63,978 nt of DNA, filler included, from Octopus bimaculoides (GCF_001194135.2; 8 parts of 8 records of this genome joined end to end with filler, not necessarily neighbours in it); one strand, 5' to 3'; positions 13,591-26,734 are shown, counted from the first letter of the whole stretch. The notes: generated by a model from the sequence alone, not told the origin. Made by a program: numbers and translations.

Positions 13591-13860
13591 TATTTGCAGT
13601 TTGCCAGCAGTAAAATGGTACAAAGTTCAATTCTTAATAGATAAGTATGGCTTCGTGTGAGGATTGGGAAAAATATTTTGTTCTTTATGGTTGATGGTTC
13701 CTGTAACCCAGGCTTCAGTAGCGACCAAGAAACCAGTTTTCCAATGGATTTCTTTGCCTGTGTCACCTATGTGAACCTCTGGTGTGTTTGACAACTCGTT
13801 TGCTTTTTAATATCTAAGCAGGAACATTTGAAACTTGCAATAATATGGGATGATATTAAA

Positions 13861-14050
13861 GCAGTAAACTGGCAGAATGGTTGTCAAACCAGACACAACG
13901 TCTAGCAGTAGTTTTTTGGGTTCAAATGCCACTGGGGTCATCAACTTTGCCTTTCTTCTTTTCAAAGTTGATATAAGTACCAGTTGATTACTGAGGTCAA
14001 TGTAATCGACTTAACCTCCCTTTAGATTGCTGGCCTTGTGTCAAAATTTT
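13861..14050 (+). mobile_element. SINE family A, diverged
   Basis: CTGGCAGAA head; AACTTTGCCTTT...ATAAGTACCAGTT; GCTGGCCTTGTG tail. Confidence 0.7.
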
Positions 14051-15119
14051 AAATCAGTGTGATGTGATATTATTGTAAGATCATTGGTTAGTATTGAGGA
14101 TACTTGATGATCTGATGTAGCCTTATCCTAGTTACTAAACATACGCGGTTTCAAATCCAGGCCTTGCTACATACACCTATGTCCTCAACAGCAATAATCT
14201 AGCAATGTGAAATAGGGTGTTTATCTGCAAAACATTGATGATATCTGCTCTCAACCTGTTACTATGAAAGGTGAGATCCCTACCGGGAATGCAACTTGAT
14301 ACCTGTGGCACATATCAAGAGGCAAGGGACAAGACAGAGTGACCAACAAAGAGGTATTTTGAACAAAGATCATCAGTACTGATGATGTTGTATCAGTGTT
14401 TTTCTTTTCCTACAAAGATTTCTAAACAAAATCTAAGACAAGGAGTTCTGGTCTCTCACTCTAAGCTGTTGGATGGCTGTTGATGCTATGGAGTTCGTCC
14501 ACTCTTCAAAAGGATTTTGTTTGCGTCCTGCAGGGTGTCAATCGGAAACTATCCTCATTACCAAGCAGTCTTGGGTAGGGTTGTCGGTTTAGTTGCCGAC
14601 AACCCAACCATGCGAGAAGTAGTACTGGGTGGTCAATTGTTACCAGTAGTACTAAACGTCACACACACACACACACACACAGACACACTCACACACACAT
14701 GGCAATGATGACCATGATGATGAAGAGGAGGCGGAAAATAACAGTGGTGATGACAAGGATGACACTGCCGCCGCCGATGACCATGACGGTAATGAAGCCA
14801 TGTAGGATGCTCATGATAATGACGAAGATAATGGTTTCAAATTTTGGCATAGGGTCAGCATTTTTGAGGGCTGGGGGAAGTCAATAACAAACATACATAC
14901 ATTCATACATACAGACAGATAGGTTGAGAGACAGATAGACAGACAAGCAGACAGACGTATGTAGCATATATATTAAGTACATTAAGAGAAAATAAATATA
15001 AATATTTAGATACAAAATAGAGAAAAAGTCAAATTAATGACGAGGCCTTTATGTTTACGTATATGTTCATTTAATATATACTTAAAAAGTTTTACTTCAT
15101 TATCATAACTGTCTCTCTT

Positions 15120-15151
<32 letters not shown>

Positions 15152-15617
15152 ATGCACAAACACTCACAAACATACAAACGAACAGACAAACAAACAAACA
15201 AACAATCACGATTATAGAAACATTCACGTACACACAAACACACACACACAAACACATTAATCATACAAATATACGCTTGCATGAACAAAATCTGAAATAA
15301 GCTTATACTTGAAAACACGTATTCATATGAACATACTAACACACAAAATTTTCCTTTCATTTACAAATGAATTCCACTATTTATTGGTATATAAATGAAA
15401 CCTACAAAGAATTTTAGCCCTAAAGCAAAAACTATTCACGCATACACACATACACATAAACACATTTATATGTATATATACATACATATATATATAAACA
15501 TATGTGTATGTGTGTGTATATATATAATACACATACACGCAAACGCTGGTACAAATATAACGGTAATAATTAAATCAAAGAAAATTATTAAAACAGATAC
15601 ACACACATAAAGTGTGC

Positions 15618-15652
<35 letters not shown>

Positions 15653-16154
15653 TATACTCACATGCACATAAAACTCACATATGTATTCACACACATTCAC
15701 ACACACAAATACCCGTGCACACACACAGATATAGACATAACAATAATAATTAAATCAAAGAAAGAAAATTGTGTTAACCATTTCATGTATATGTGAATAT
15801 AAACACACACACATACATACACACACACATATATATATATATATATACGTATACATATATATATGTATGTACACACATTCACACACACACACACACACAA
15901 GCAAACATGAAATTAATACAGAACTAAATATTAAATGCTGTCATTCTTTTTATTTCATTGGTGTTTGGAAAATTATTTTATAAAAATTATTCAAAACATT
16001 TTCCAAGAGTCTGAAATCAAACTAGATAAAAATAATTTTGATGACGATGACGACGACGACGATGATGATGATGAAGAGAAGGAAGAAGCAGAAAATGATA
16101 ACAGTGACGACGACAACAATGATGTGTAGGATGCTGATGACGATGATAATGGTT

Positions 16155-16367
16155 TCAAATTTTGGTACAGGGCCAGGAAATTTTGAATGAAGATGGTAAG
16201 TCGATTACATCAGACCCAATACTTGATTGGTATATGCTTTATCAATCCCAAAAGGAACGAAGGCGAAGTTGACCTCAGTGGAATTTGAACTCAGGACGAA
16301 ATGACAGAGGAAATGCTGCTAAGCATTTTGCCCAGCACGGTAACAACTCTGCCAGCTCACCACTTTA
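16155..16367 (-). mobile_element. SINE family A, diverged
   Basis: Reverse-complement body ending ...CTGCCAGCTCACC. Confidence 0.75.
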
Positions 16368-17174
16368 GGAAATGATGATGATAATCTTCATGGAAAACTT
16401 TTGGTAGAATTTTCCCATGTGGACTTACATCTCAAGTAAGTTTCGTTGACCAGATAACATTCCACCCGGAATATGGTTCCGCAACAAAAATTATGGAAAA
16501 CTCTATTGGAATCGAACTACACTATGTAGCAAAGATATTTCAAGTGGAACTGCACCCATACCTTCTGACTTCAAAATATGTAGTCCAATGCCATAACAGA
16601 ATTCACCTGCATTGTTTGTTATCATCCAATTGAGACAATAAACGAAGATTGAAGTCAAATCAATTCACAAAGTTCAACGTAAAACATAATGTTTAGAAAT
16701 TTGTCAGCAATGAGAAGCTAATAAATTGGAACGGCAATGTAATTCTAGGGTACAGAAAAATAGCAAAAACATCTATTAACAAAACATTCAAACGGGAAGA
16801 GAAAATTTTCTTATTTTCTTGCAAGTCAAGACTAAAATATTCAAGAAACACTAGTTGGTAATAGTATTGATACTGCTAATATATTGAGGGACATTGTTTT
16901 ATTGGAAAAGGAGACAGTCCGTTAGATGTGTTAATCTTCTGTTAGCTTATCGTTGCTATCAGCCTTTATATGACATAGAGTTGTCAAAACTTATGAATTT
17001 GCATGAAGAGAGGAGACAGAGGTCAACGGCATAAAAATTTTTGATATGAGAAGCTATTTTCCTATATTTATTTCTCAAACAAACATATCTTTTGTCCAAA
17101 TCCCATTCAAATATTAGTTAAAACATGGTTATTCCAGCTGTTGCTTTCTTTTTTAAGACTTGTAAACTGGTTTT

Positions 17175-17785
17175 AAGTTTTTGCACAAGGCCAGCAATTT
17201 CAGGAGAGAGGATAAGTTGATTACACCGACTCCAGTGCTCAACTTTTTTTTGCTGGCACTCCGTTGCTTATAACGCTGAGGGTTCCAGTTGATCCGATCA
17301 ACAGAACAACCTGCTCATGAAATTAACGTGCAAGTGGCTGAGCACTCCACAGACACATGTACCCTTAACGTAGTTCTCGGGGATATTCAGCGTGACGCAG
17401 TGTGACAAAGCTGGCTCTTTGAATTATAGGGACAACAGAAACAGGAAGAAAGAGTGAGAGAAAGTTGTAGTGAAAGAGTACAGCAGGGTTCGCTACCATC
17501 CCCTGCCGGAGCCTCGTGGAGCTTTAGGTGTTTTTGCTCAATAAGCACTCACAACGCCTGGTCTGGGAATCGAAACCACAATCCTATGACTGCGAGTCTG
17601 CTGCCCTAACCATTGGGCCATTGCGCCTCCACAGTGCTTAACTAATACCGATTTTATAGACCCTGAAAGGGTGAAAGGCAAACTCGGCCTCGGCGGAGTT
17701 TGAACTCAAAAACCTGTAAAGATGAATGAAATGCTGCTAAGCATTTTGCCTGGCATGCTAATGATTCTGCCAGCTTGTCACCTTA
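17175..17785 (-). mobile_element. SINE family A split by a family D insertion
   Basis: Tail half at 17175-17244, head half at 17632-17785; 12-bp duplication CAGTGCT(C/T)AACT at 17233-17244 and 17632-17643. Confidence 0.8.
17245..17631 (-). mobile_element. SINE family D, full length
   Basis: Minus-strand tRNA-like head GGAGGCGCAATGGCCCAATGGTTAGGGCAGCAGACTC...GGTTTCGATTCCC; T-run (poly-A tail) at 17245-17251; second full copy at 43305-43686. Confidence 0.9.
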
Positions 17786-18427
17786 CATAGTAAATATTAT
17801 ATTAACAAAATGACATTTGAAACTCCAACAAACAGCTGGAATTAATAATAACAATGTTTCTAAGTAATATTTGAATGGCACATGGACAAAAGATATGTTT
17901 ATTTGGTTTGATAAACGTAGGAAAATAACTTCCCATATCTGTTGTCATTTTCTGTGCTTCTGTCTGCATTGCAACCCTCCACAATAGAAGGAATATATTT
18001 CTAAAGAGCAGGATTTATTGCATGTGGAACATCTTTCATTATAGATGTGTTTGGTAAAGGTGAACTAAAGTTAAACAGCAGCATGAAGTCGATTTCTGCA
18101 ATGGTGAATTCAAGGGCCACCATCTGCTCTTTAAACCTTTATCTTTATCTCAAACTATTTTCTGATATTTTCTCCTCGCAAAACTAGCTGATTTCCCTCT
18201 ACACTCCACATTACATACGGCACCATTGGAATAATTCCATTGGTTATCATCTTTCAAATTATTATGGATAGATTCAAGCCAACTGATATTTTCAAAATCC
18301 TGAAGTTCACCATATAAACTAAGGGTTTTTTTTTTTTTTTTTTTTTTGATAGGGTTTATCTTTTAAAAAAATCTCTGCAACAATGTAGAATTACCTAAAA
18401 CCACAAGGACTTATTCTTTGTAAGCCT

Positions 18428-18712
18428 TATAGATAGATAGATAGATAGATATATAGATAGATGGATAGAGAGATAGTTAGATGGATAGAGATATAGATAG
18501 ATAGATAGATAGATAGCTAGATAGATAGGGAGAGAGAGAGAGAGAAAGATAGATAGATAGATGGATGGATAGAGAGACAAATAGATAGAGAGATAGGGAG
18601 AGAGAAAGGTAGATGGATGGATTGAAAGATAGATAGATGGATGGATAGCGAGACAGATAGATTGATAGATAGATAAATAGATAGATAAATAGGATGAGAG
18701 AGAGAGAGAGAG
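18428..18712. repeat. (GATA/GGAT/GA)n compound microsatellite
   Basis: Read directly from the sequence. Confidence 0.9.
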
Positions 18713-19536
18713 AAAGAAGTACATAGACTAGCTTACACCAATACAACTCTATACGTAAATGCATGCACAATGATGCTGAGAGATAACTGTATGCACATAT
18801 AATGATAAACATGCTTACACTTACACTAGCACCCACCTACCACGTACATGAATTGGTGGGTAGAATATTTTCTCAAGCAATACTTAAGTAGAGAGGAGGC
18901 CATTGTGGAATGGCATCTTCAATTCTGTTTAAACTTTAACAAATATCATTTAAGATCTCCTGAGGTAATGCAATAGAAAACTATTCTTTTTTGTATTTAT
19001 TTATAAATATTTTTCTCATTTCTGTACATTAAAAATTTTTTAATATGGGTTATATTGTCAAGTAATAGCTGTGTGTATACACACAACCACACATGTGCAT
19101 ATATATATATATTTCTATATAAGAATATATACAGGCATTGCACATCTGTATATGTGGATGCATGCTTGTCTTATAAAAACACACAGAAACACTCACTCAC
19201 AAACACGCACTTACATACTAAAACACACGCACACACATGCATGTACCAATGCACACTTACAGCTATATATGAGCCAACCTATGTTTACGCATACATATAC
19301 CCACGTTTGTACATACGTATGTATGTATGTATTATGTATATAAACGTGTGTATGTAGGTGTATAGGCTTTATGACTGTATGTATACCTCACACCATATAA
19401 GCACCCACATACATTACACGCATATATATACACTTAAATACAAAAATTAATTTGCTAATTTTTTCATGCACATACCTACCTATCTACATAATATGTACTT
19501 ATACATATAAATAAATATATATATATATATATATAT

Positions 19537-19636
19537 NNNNNNNNNNNNNNNNNNNNNNNNNNNNNNNNNNNNNNNNNNNNTTAATTAATTAANNNNNNNN
19601 NNNNNNNNNNNNNNNNNNNNNNNNNNNNNNNNNNNN
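19537..19636. other. Assembly join spacer (44N-TTAATTAATTAA-44N)
   Basis: Identical 100-bp construct recurs seven times. Confidence 0.95.
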
Positions 19637-19639
19637 ATA

Positions 19640-19670
<31 letters not shown>

Positions 19671-20019
19671 CTTGTCTGGTAAGTGATTTTAGCTTATGTA
19701 TAATAGATCGAGCACACACATACAGTTCTATAATTAAGTCAAACTAATGGTGAACTTACTGAGACTTGGCTGAGCATTCCTACAGGGCCTTTGCACCAAT
19801 GAACTGTAGAAAGGAATAACGTGTTCCAACCAGAAATCCAACGAGATCAGCGAAATTTCCCTAAGGTCACATCCTACGATTTTGAAAACGCAAAGTGTAT
19901 TAGTTAATGTGTCTTAGCTACACTACATCCGAAAAAAGATATGATGGTTTCGGTAAATACATCTTAGATCATAGGACTGATTGATTAGGTTTACCAAGAA
20001 CTAAGAAAAGAAATCAAAT

Positions 20020-20255
20020 GTCCTTCCTGAGCCATAGGCTCATAACACCGATTTCTCGGGTTCTGTAACCTATATATTCCCCACCTCTAGACCGAACGCC
20101 GGTTCGTCACAGGACTACCCAATTTTGCAAGCTGGGTGGATTGGAGCGACGTGAAGTGAAATGTTTTGCTCAAGAGCTCAACACATTGCCCGCTCCAGAA
20201 ATCGAAACCACAATTTTACAATCATGGATGCAGCACCCTAACCAAAAGGCCATGT
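20020..20255 (-). mobile_element. SINE family F
   Basis: Reverse complement has a tRNA-like head (GGTTAGGGTG...GTGGTTTCGATT), CTTGAGCAAAACA, GGGGAATATATA, as in 25784-26700. Confidence 0.75.
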
Positions 20256-21181
20256 ACGACCACGCCAAGATGACAACTCAAAGATATAATACTGTACATC
20301 TTCAAGCAAACATTAGTCCTCGATTCGCCTTAAAGATGAATAGCTGCAACTAAAGCTTTTCAAGGTCGGTATTATTGTTGTTGAAGGTTTCTCCAGCAAA
20401 GCAAAGACACCATCATGAAATCTTCAGTCTTTATAAATTCTATAAAGCCATGATGAAACCCAAAATGGAGTGATAACTTTTACATCTAAGACAGCATTGT
20501 CTTTGGGCGCACGCGCGCACACACATACATGTAAACGCACACACTCACACACACACGCATACTGACACATGCACACAGACACAAACACCCATGCATCCTG
20601 AACCGCATCCAAAGAAATATCACCCAACAGTAGGATACTACATGAAGGGAATTTTTGGCTGTTATCTTTAGCAGTCAACAGACCACGTACAGTTCTCCAA
20701 TTCTCGGTCAAATAAAAAGAAGATAATGAATTACCTGCTATTAAGGTCACGAGTTCAAATCCGGTGCAAGCATTTCAATTGCTATTACGATTTACTATTA
20801 TTAGTAAAGTGCTTTTTATAGCTTATAGCGAGCTATATATTTTTCAATACGTTAGTTAGGTGCCATTGTGTCAGTAATTCGTTTTGATTAATGGCTGAAT
20901 ATCTCATCTGGTTATTTAGAACACTTCTTACATGATAAAATATCTCGGCTGACACGCAGCACTCTTTTATGAATTTATCTCCAGGTTTTGCATTCATTTT
21001 GCTAACGAGCCAAACACACAGTAATTCTCTTAAAGCCTCTTTATCACTTTCGTCCATGACTTCGCTTTAATTTGAATTTAACATGCTTGTTGCAGTTATT
21101 GTTGAGTGTTCTAAAGTTTCGCATTTTCTCGCTCATTTGAAACATTTTTGACATATTTTCCTCAGCCTCTTATTTGTTATC

Positions 21182-21236
<55 letters not shown>

Positions 21237-21240
<4 letters not shown>

Positions 21241-21436
21241 AGAAGTGATATTAAAATCCTCAATCGCAGAATAATGCTAATAATATAGCCTGAACAGGAT
21301 AAACTACCCCTATTTTGCAGAGAAAAGTGTAGCTAGCCACCTACACTTTTCTCTGCAAAATAGGGATAGTTTATCCTGTTCAGGCTATATCATTAGCATT
21401 ATTCTGCGATTGAGGATTTTACTATCACTTCTTTAA
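21237..21436. repeat. 200-bp near-perfect palindrome (96-bp arms, 8-nt loop); MITE-like fold-back
   Basis: 21237-21332 is the reverse complement of 21341-21436 with 3 mismatches; loop CTAGCCAC. Confidence 0.9.
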
Positions 21437-21506
21437 CTTTCTAAAAGACATCTCAACGCTTCTAAAAGCAAGCTTCGTTTGTTTATTTACGTTTGTCGTA
21501 ATTTGA

Positions 21507-21559
<53 letters not shown>

Positions 21560-21638
21560 NNNNNNNNNNGATTCTGGATTATTTTCCCGGTTTTTATTTT
21601 ACTTTACATGTATATGTAGTTTTACATAGTTCTTTTGT

Positions 21639-21695
<57 letters not shown>

Positions 21696-22107
21696 ACATT
21701 TAAACATACATATACTCACACTTCAAACGCCGTTTATCGGCGTTTCCACTCCTTACTTCGTTATTCGTCTATCAGCCTTTCCTTTCTCATTCATACGACG
21801 CTCTCTTTGCCACTTCGTTTCGTCTTTCTCGTTGTCATTACTTTCTCTCACTCCCTCTCAGTCATGGCTATTACTTTCACTACTTCTCTGTCACAGTATT
21901 AGTATGTCATCTCTTCACCGTTCACCTCTCACTATATATATTTGAATTACTTTTCCGTTTGAAAGCTGTCGGGTTCATTTTTAGTTTTCTCGTTTGTGCG
22001 AGCAATCCGGTTTATTTCAGATATTCTCATTTTAAAAATCACCTCCGGCTAATCGTTGAGAGGACGTTGGTGTTGCCTTGGCGGAAGCTTGCGCTCTCTG
22101 AGTGCTC

Positions 22108-22117
<10 letters not shown>

Positions 22118-22151
<34 letters not shown>

Positions 22152-22572
22152 GAGTGAAAGAGCAGTGCATGCCATCAAAGTGACACTGGAAAAGCCCAAT
22201 ATACCCATCATGACTACCCGTCCGATAAGGGTACACCGGGCACATGCATCATAACCATATGTGCGCGACATGGTGATCTCATATCAAGAAAAACAGCGCA
22301 TGACCTCGCAGGTGGGGCCCAGTTAGAATTTTTTTCAGGTCGAGTAGCCCATCCCGCTCAAAAGGTCCCTGAATAAGGTTTGTTTAAGGATGTTGAGCAA
22401 AACAACCATGTTTCCAAAGGTGAATTATTCAAACCCCAAAGACTTCCTCTCAACACATGGCTATGATGCTCCCCCACTACTTCTGTTCATGATCAGAGAT
22501 GCACATATCGTCAGCCACCAAGGGACATGCTCAACTGGTTAAGGTCAAACAAATGACAAGCAAATCTGTGGT
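22118..22572 (-). mobile_element. Probable non-LTR retroelement 3' end with (TAA)n tail
   Basis: GC-richer 420-bp block abutting an (ATT)n tract; family identity not established from this window alone. Confidence 0.45.
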
Positions 22573-23009
22573 NNNNNNNNNNNNNNNNNNNNNNNNNNNN
22601 NNNNNNNNNNNNNNNNNNNNNNNNNNNNNNNNNNNNNNNNNNNNNNNNNNNNNNNNNNNNNNNNNNNNNNNNNNNNNNNNNNNNNNNNNNNNNNNNNNNN
22701 NNNNNNNNNNNNNNNNNNNNNNNNNNNNNNNNNNNNNNNNNNNNNNNNNNNNNNNNNNNNNNNNNNNNNNNNNNNNNNNNNNNNNNNNNNNNNNNNNNNN
22801 NNNNNNNNNNNNNNNNNNNNNNNNNNNNNNNNNNNNNNNNNNNNNNNNNNNNNNNNNNNNNNNNNNNNNNNNNNNNNNNNNNNNNNNNNNNNNNNNNNNN
22901 NNNNNNNNNNNNNNNNNNNNNNNNNNNNNNNNNNNNNNNNNNNNNNNNNNNNNNNNNNNNNNNNNNNNNNNNNNNNNNNNNNNNNNNNNNNNNNNNNNNN
23001 NNNNNNNGA

Positions 23010-23700
23010 CATTCTGCAGCTCGTCTCATTGATGGAGCTACAGTTCTGGGTCAAGCGCAGATCAAGAAATGGCGTTTGGCACCTAGAGTGTCAGCAAGCG
23101 CTCACGGCCTGCTTGTTGGGCAACGCGGTCGGTAGAAGTTCCACCATAGAGTTCTATAGAGGATTAGTGGAGAGAAAGAGCGACGACATACCCGGGGAAA
23201 CTCTGGGTATCGGGAGGGGTCAACTAACTGGTCTTTTCCGGAAGACTTTCGGGCCAGAGTCTATGGATAACTTCCAGACTCTACAGACAGGGAAGTTCTG
23301 TCAGACAGACCTGTCCGAGGTGTGCGCAGGGCGATGAAACCGTCCAGTGTCCGTGCATTAATGACCTGTGGTGCTTTGTCGAACAGATGTTGTCACCTGT
23401 AGGAGGGATCCGGTCATCAGCCGAGTTCATCCATTATGAGGATTGTCCTGCCGCCTTCTTTTGGCCGGGAGGAAAATTCAGGCGTACCCTTGGCAGTAGG
23501 GGTGGCCAGGATGTGTAGGGTGCCCTAGTTGGGCCTGCGTGAAACTCCCCCTTATTGGGGAATTTTGTTATTTTTTAACTGTTTTTGTTTTTTTATTGTT
23601 TACACGTTTTTTTTGCTTTAAACCCCACTTGTACCTTGCTTTGTATTGTTCCTAATTGTTTTTGTTTTCGACCCTTCTGACCAATAAAGAAAGGATTATT
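23010..23700 (+). mobile_element. L1/Tx1-clade LINE ORF2 C-terminus and 3' end, degenerate
   Basis: Frames give FYRGLVE...LFRKTFGPESMDNFQ, then TCPRCAQGDETV-QCP-INDLWCFVEQML (eroded CCHC knuckle); T-rich 3' UTR, AATAAA near 23683, (ATT)n tail. Confidence 0.7.
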
Positions 23701-23733
23701 ATTATTATTATTATCATTATTATTATTATTATC

Positions 23734-23773
<40 letters not shown>

Positions 23774-23774
23774 A

Positions 23775-24445
23775 GGCAGCGAGCTGGCGGAATCGTTAGC
23801 ACGCAAGACGAAATGCTTACTAGCATTTCGTCCGTCTTTACGTTCTGAGTTCAAATCCCGCCGAGGTCGACTCTGCCTTTCAAGATCCATGAAAAGAGAA
23901 CAACTCAAGCACTGGCATCGATGTAATCTATCAACGCTCTTCCCGCCAAAATTTTCAAGGCCTTGTGCCTAGGGTAGAAATAATTATTATTAAGGCGGCG
24001 AGCTGGCAGAATCGTTAGCATGCTAGACGAAATGCTTAGCGGTATTTCGTCCGTCGCTACGCTCTGAGTTCCAATTCCGCCGAGGTACACTTGGTCTTTC
24101 GTCCTTTCGGGGTTTATAAAATAAGTACCAGTTGAACATTACTGGTCGATGTAATCGACTAGTCCCCTCCCCCATTATTTTAGGCCTTGCGCTTATAGCA
24201 GAACGGATTACTATCATTATTATTACTTTGAAGAATCATTAGCACATACACCGGATGAAATGCTTAGCGGCATTTCGTACGTTCTTATGTTCTGAGTTAA
24301 AATTCCGCCGAGGTCGACTTTGCCTTTCATCCTTTCGGGGTCGATAAATTAAGTAACAGTTGAGTATTGGTGTCTATATAATCGACTTATCCTCGCCGCC
24401 AAAATTGCAGGCCTTGTGCCAATAGTAGTAGAGAGGATTATTATT
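23775..24445 (+). mobile_element. Three head-to-tail SINE family A copies (about 23775-23980, 23994-24210, 24232-24445)
   Basis: Three repeats of the head, central domain and GGCCTTG tail, separated by short ATT tracts. Confidence 0.9.
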
Positions 24446-24562
24446 ATCTTGCTAGTCTATAAAAACTGGCCAGCAAGCAGCAGACTAAATAATCTCCCAT
24501 TTAATGTCATCACCATATGTCAGCGCTACTGACTATTTCGTGCATTTTCTGTTATCATTTTG

Positions 24563-24595
<33 letters not shown>

Positions 24596-24611
24596 CCACC
24601 ATCATCATCAC

Positions 24612-24662
<51 letters not shown>

Positions 24663-24705
24663 CATCATCATCATTATCATTATCATCATCATTGTTATTA
24701 TTATC
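24563..24705. repeat. (CAT)n microsatellite
   Basis: Read directly from the sequence. Confidence 0.95.
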
Positions 24706-25783
24706 ATCTTAACATACACATAACAGCTGTTTTTGTTAAAGCTTGCCACTGGTGCTTCTGATCATTTTTATTATTACTTATTTTTTATTTTCAAAATTCT
24801 TTCCTTCATACTTTTCCAATTTTGTATTCAAAGAAAAACAAACCGAGAAAGAAAAGGGGGGGGGGAAGAAAACACACGAACAAAATAACAATCTAAAAAA
24901 TAACAACAAAAATACTCAAAAGCATATACACACACACACACACAAAACAACACAGCACATACATACACACCATTAAACCTTTAATCCCCCACAAAACAAC
25001 CCCCCCCCCAAAAAAAAAACAAGAACAAAAGAGCAATATTAATGAAGTTTTCCGAATGTAATAAAATAAAAACTATGTAAGAAAGCTGGTGGATTGTGGG
25101 GCGAAAGAATAGCAGTGAGGACAGGTTCTGTCAAAACGAGTTGCTTTTCACATGCACGATTACGAGTGAAATTTAAAAGGTTACTAGGTGTGTTCTCATA
25201 TATTTGCAGCCTTCATTTTCTGAGAGGTTCTCACAAGTTCCCATGTCAACACGTTAAGAATGAATATGTAGATCAAGTGAAAGAATATCTGCAGAAAATT
25301 CTACGTTTATTATAAGCAAGACCGGACAGCAGAATCTGGTGTAATTATGTATGTGCGTTTGCGCGTGCGTGTGCATGTGTGTGTATGTGTGTATGTGTAT
25401 GTGTGTGTGTGTGTACCTGATGTGTATGTGTATTGTGTGTGTGTGTTGTGGGTGTGTTATGTATGTGTGTGTGTGCGTATATAAATAACACATATATAAA
25501 TATATATTTATATGTATGTATATATAAATATATACATACACATACATACATGCATACATGCATATATACAAACACACACATACATATGTGTTTGTGTTTA
25601 TATGGATATACGCATGAATATATATATAAACACACGCACATGTATGTACGTATGTATGTGTGCATTAGTGTGCTTGTGTATGTAGATATATATGTATGTT
25701 TGTATGTGCTTGTCTATACACACGTGCATATATGTATGTGTGCGTATATGTGTGTGTTTATACATATATACATGAGGATGCTT

Positions 25784-26010
25784 GCAGGCGCGTGGCTTAT
25801 TGGTTAGGGAAGTTGCACTCATAACCACTAGAATAGTGGTTTCGATTCCTGGACCACAGGCGATGCGTACTGTTCTTGAGCAAAACACTTCATTTCAAGT
25901 TGCTCCGGCTCACTCTGCTGGCAAAAAAGAGTAATCCTGCCTCCGGACTGGCGTACCGTCCCGGTGGGGAATATACACGCCTCAGAATCCAGAAAACACA
26001 TGGTCTTTTT
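25784..26010 (+). mobile_element. SINE family F
   Basis: GCAGGCGCGTGGCTTATTGGTTAGG...GTGGTTTCGATTCCTGGACC...CTTGAGCAAAACACTTCATTTC. Confidence 0.85.
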
Positions 26011-26244
26011 TTATAGGAATAGAGAGGATAAGAAGTGGGAGTGGAAGGTGAAGTTTTATAGCCATGAGGGGTGCTACAGAGCTGCTGCTGTGGCATGGCA
26101 GAAGCTATTGGTATAATAGTAGGGAGTGGCATGGCGACGTTACACTGGTGAATTTTCAGTGGCCCTGTTACTATGGTGATGGTGTTGTAGAGGGCGTGGC
26201 GATAAAGGTGTTGGTGGTGTTGGTACTGTTGTAGTGATGATGTT

Positions 26245-26700
26245 GTGGAGGCGCGTGGCTTAGTGGTTAGGCTGTCGGACTCACGATCGTAAGATTGTGG
26301 TTTCGATTCTTGGACCGGGCGACGCTCTGTGTTCTTGAGCAAGACACTTCATTTCACATTGCTCCAGTCCACTGGCAAAAGTGCGTAATCCTGCGACAGA
26401 CCGGCATCTCGTCTAGATGGGGAATATATATGCCAGGAAACCCGGAAACCGGCCTGTGGAGAAGCGTGAATTAGTGGTTAGGTTGCTGGACTCACGATCG
26501 TAAGATTGTTGTTTCGGTTCCTGGACCAGCCGATGCGTTGTGTCCTAGAGTAAAACACTTCATTTCATGTTGCTCCAGTCCACTTAGCTGACAAAAATGA
26601 GTAATCCTGCGATGGATCGGCCTCCCGTCCATGTGGGGAATATATACGCCATGAAACCAGGAAACCAGCCCTTATGAGTCGGTATGACTCGAGAAAGAAA
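26245..26700 (+). mobile_element. Two directly adjacent SINE family F copies (26245-26455, 26456-26700)
   Basis: Both have GACTCACGATCGTAAGATTGT, ACACTTCATTTCA and GGGGAATATATA. Confidence 0.85.
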
Positions 26701-26734
26701 ACCTTACTTTTTATTTTAGTGATGATATTGAAAG

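Noticed and set aside
16370-16640. Possible exon (AG at about 16369, GTAAGT at about 16435) and an 80-codon open frame
   Set aside because: The acceptor lies in a SINE head, no protein family is recognisable, and such signals arise by chance.
17245-17631. tRNA-like heads of the SINEs as tRNA genes
   Set aside because: Only the A/B-box region is tRNA-like; there is no closed cloverleaf and each continues into a repeat body.
18150-18325. Minus-strand open frame LSLYGELQDFENISWLESIHNNLKDDNQW...
   Set aside because: About 57 codons, no recognisable homology and no polypyrimidine tract; it cannot be supported without a database search.
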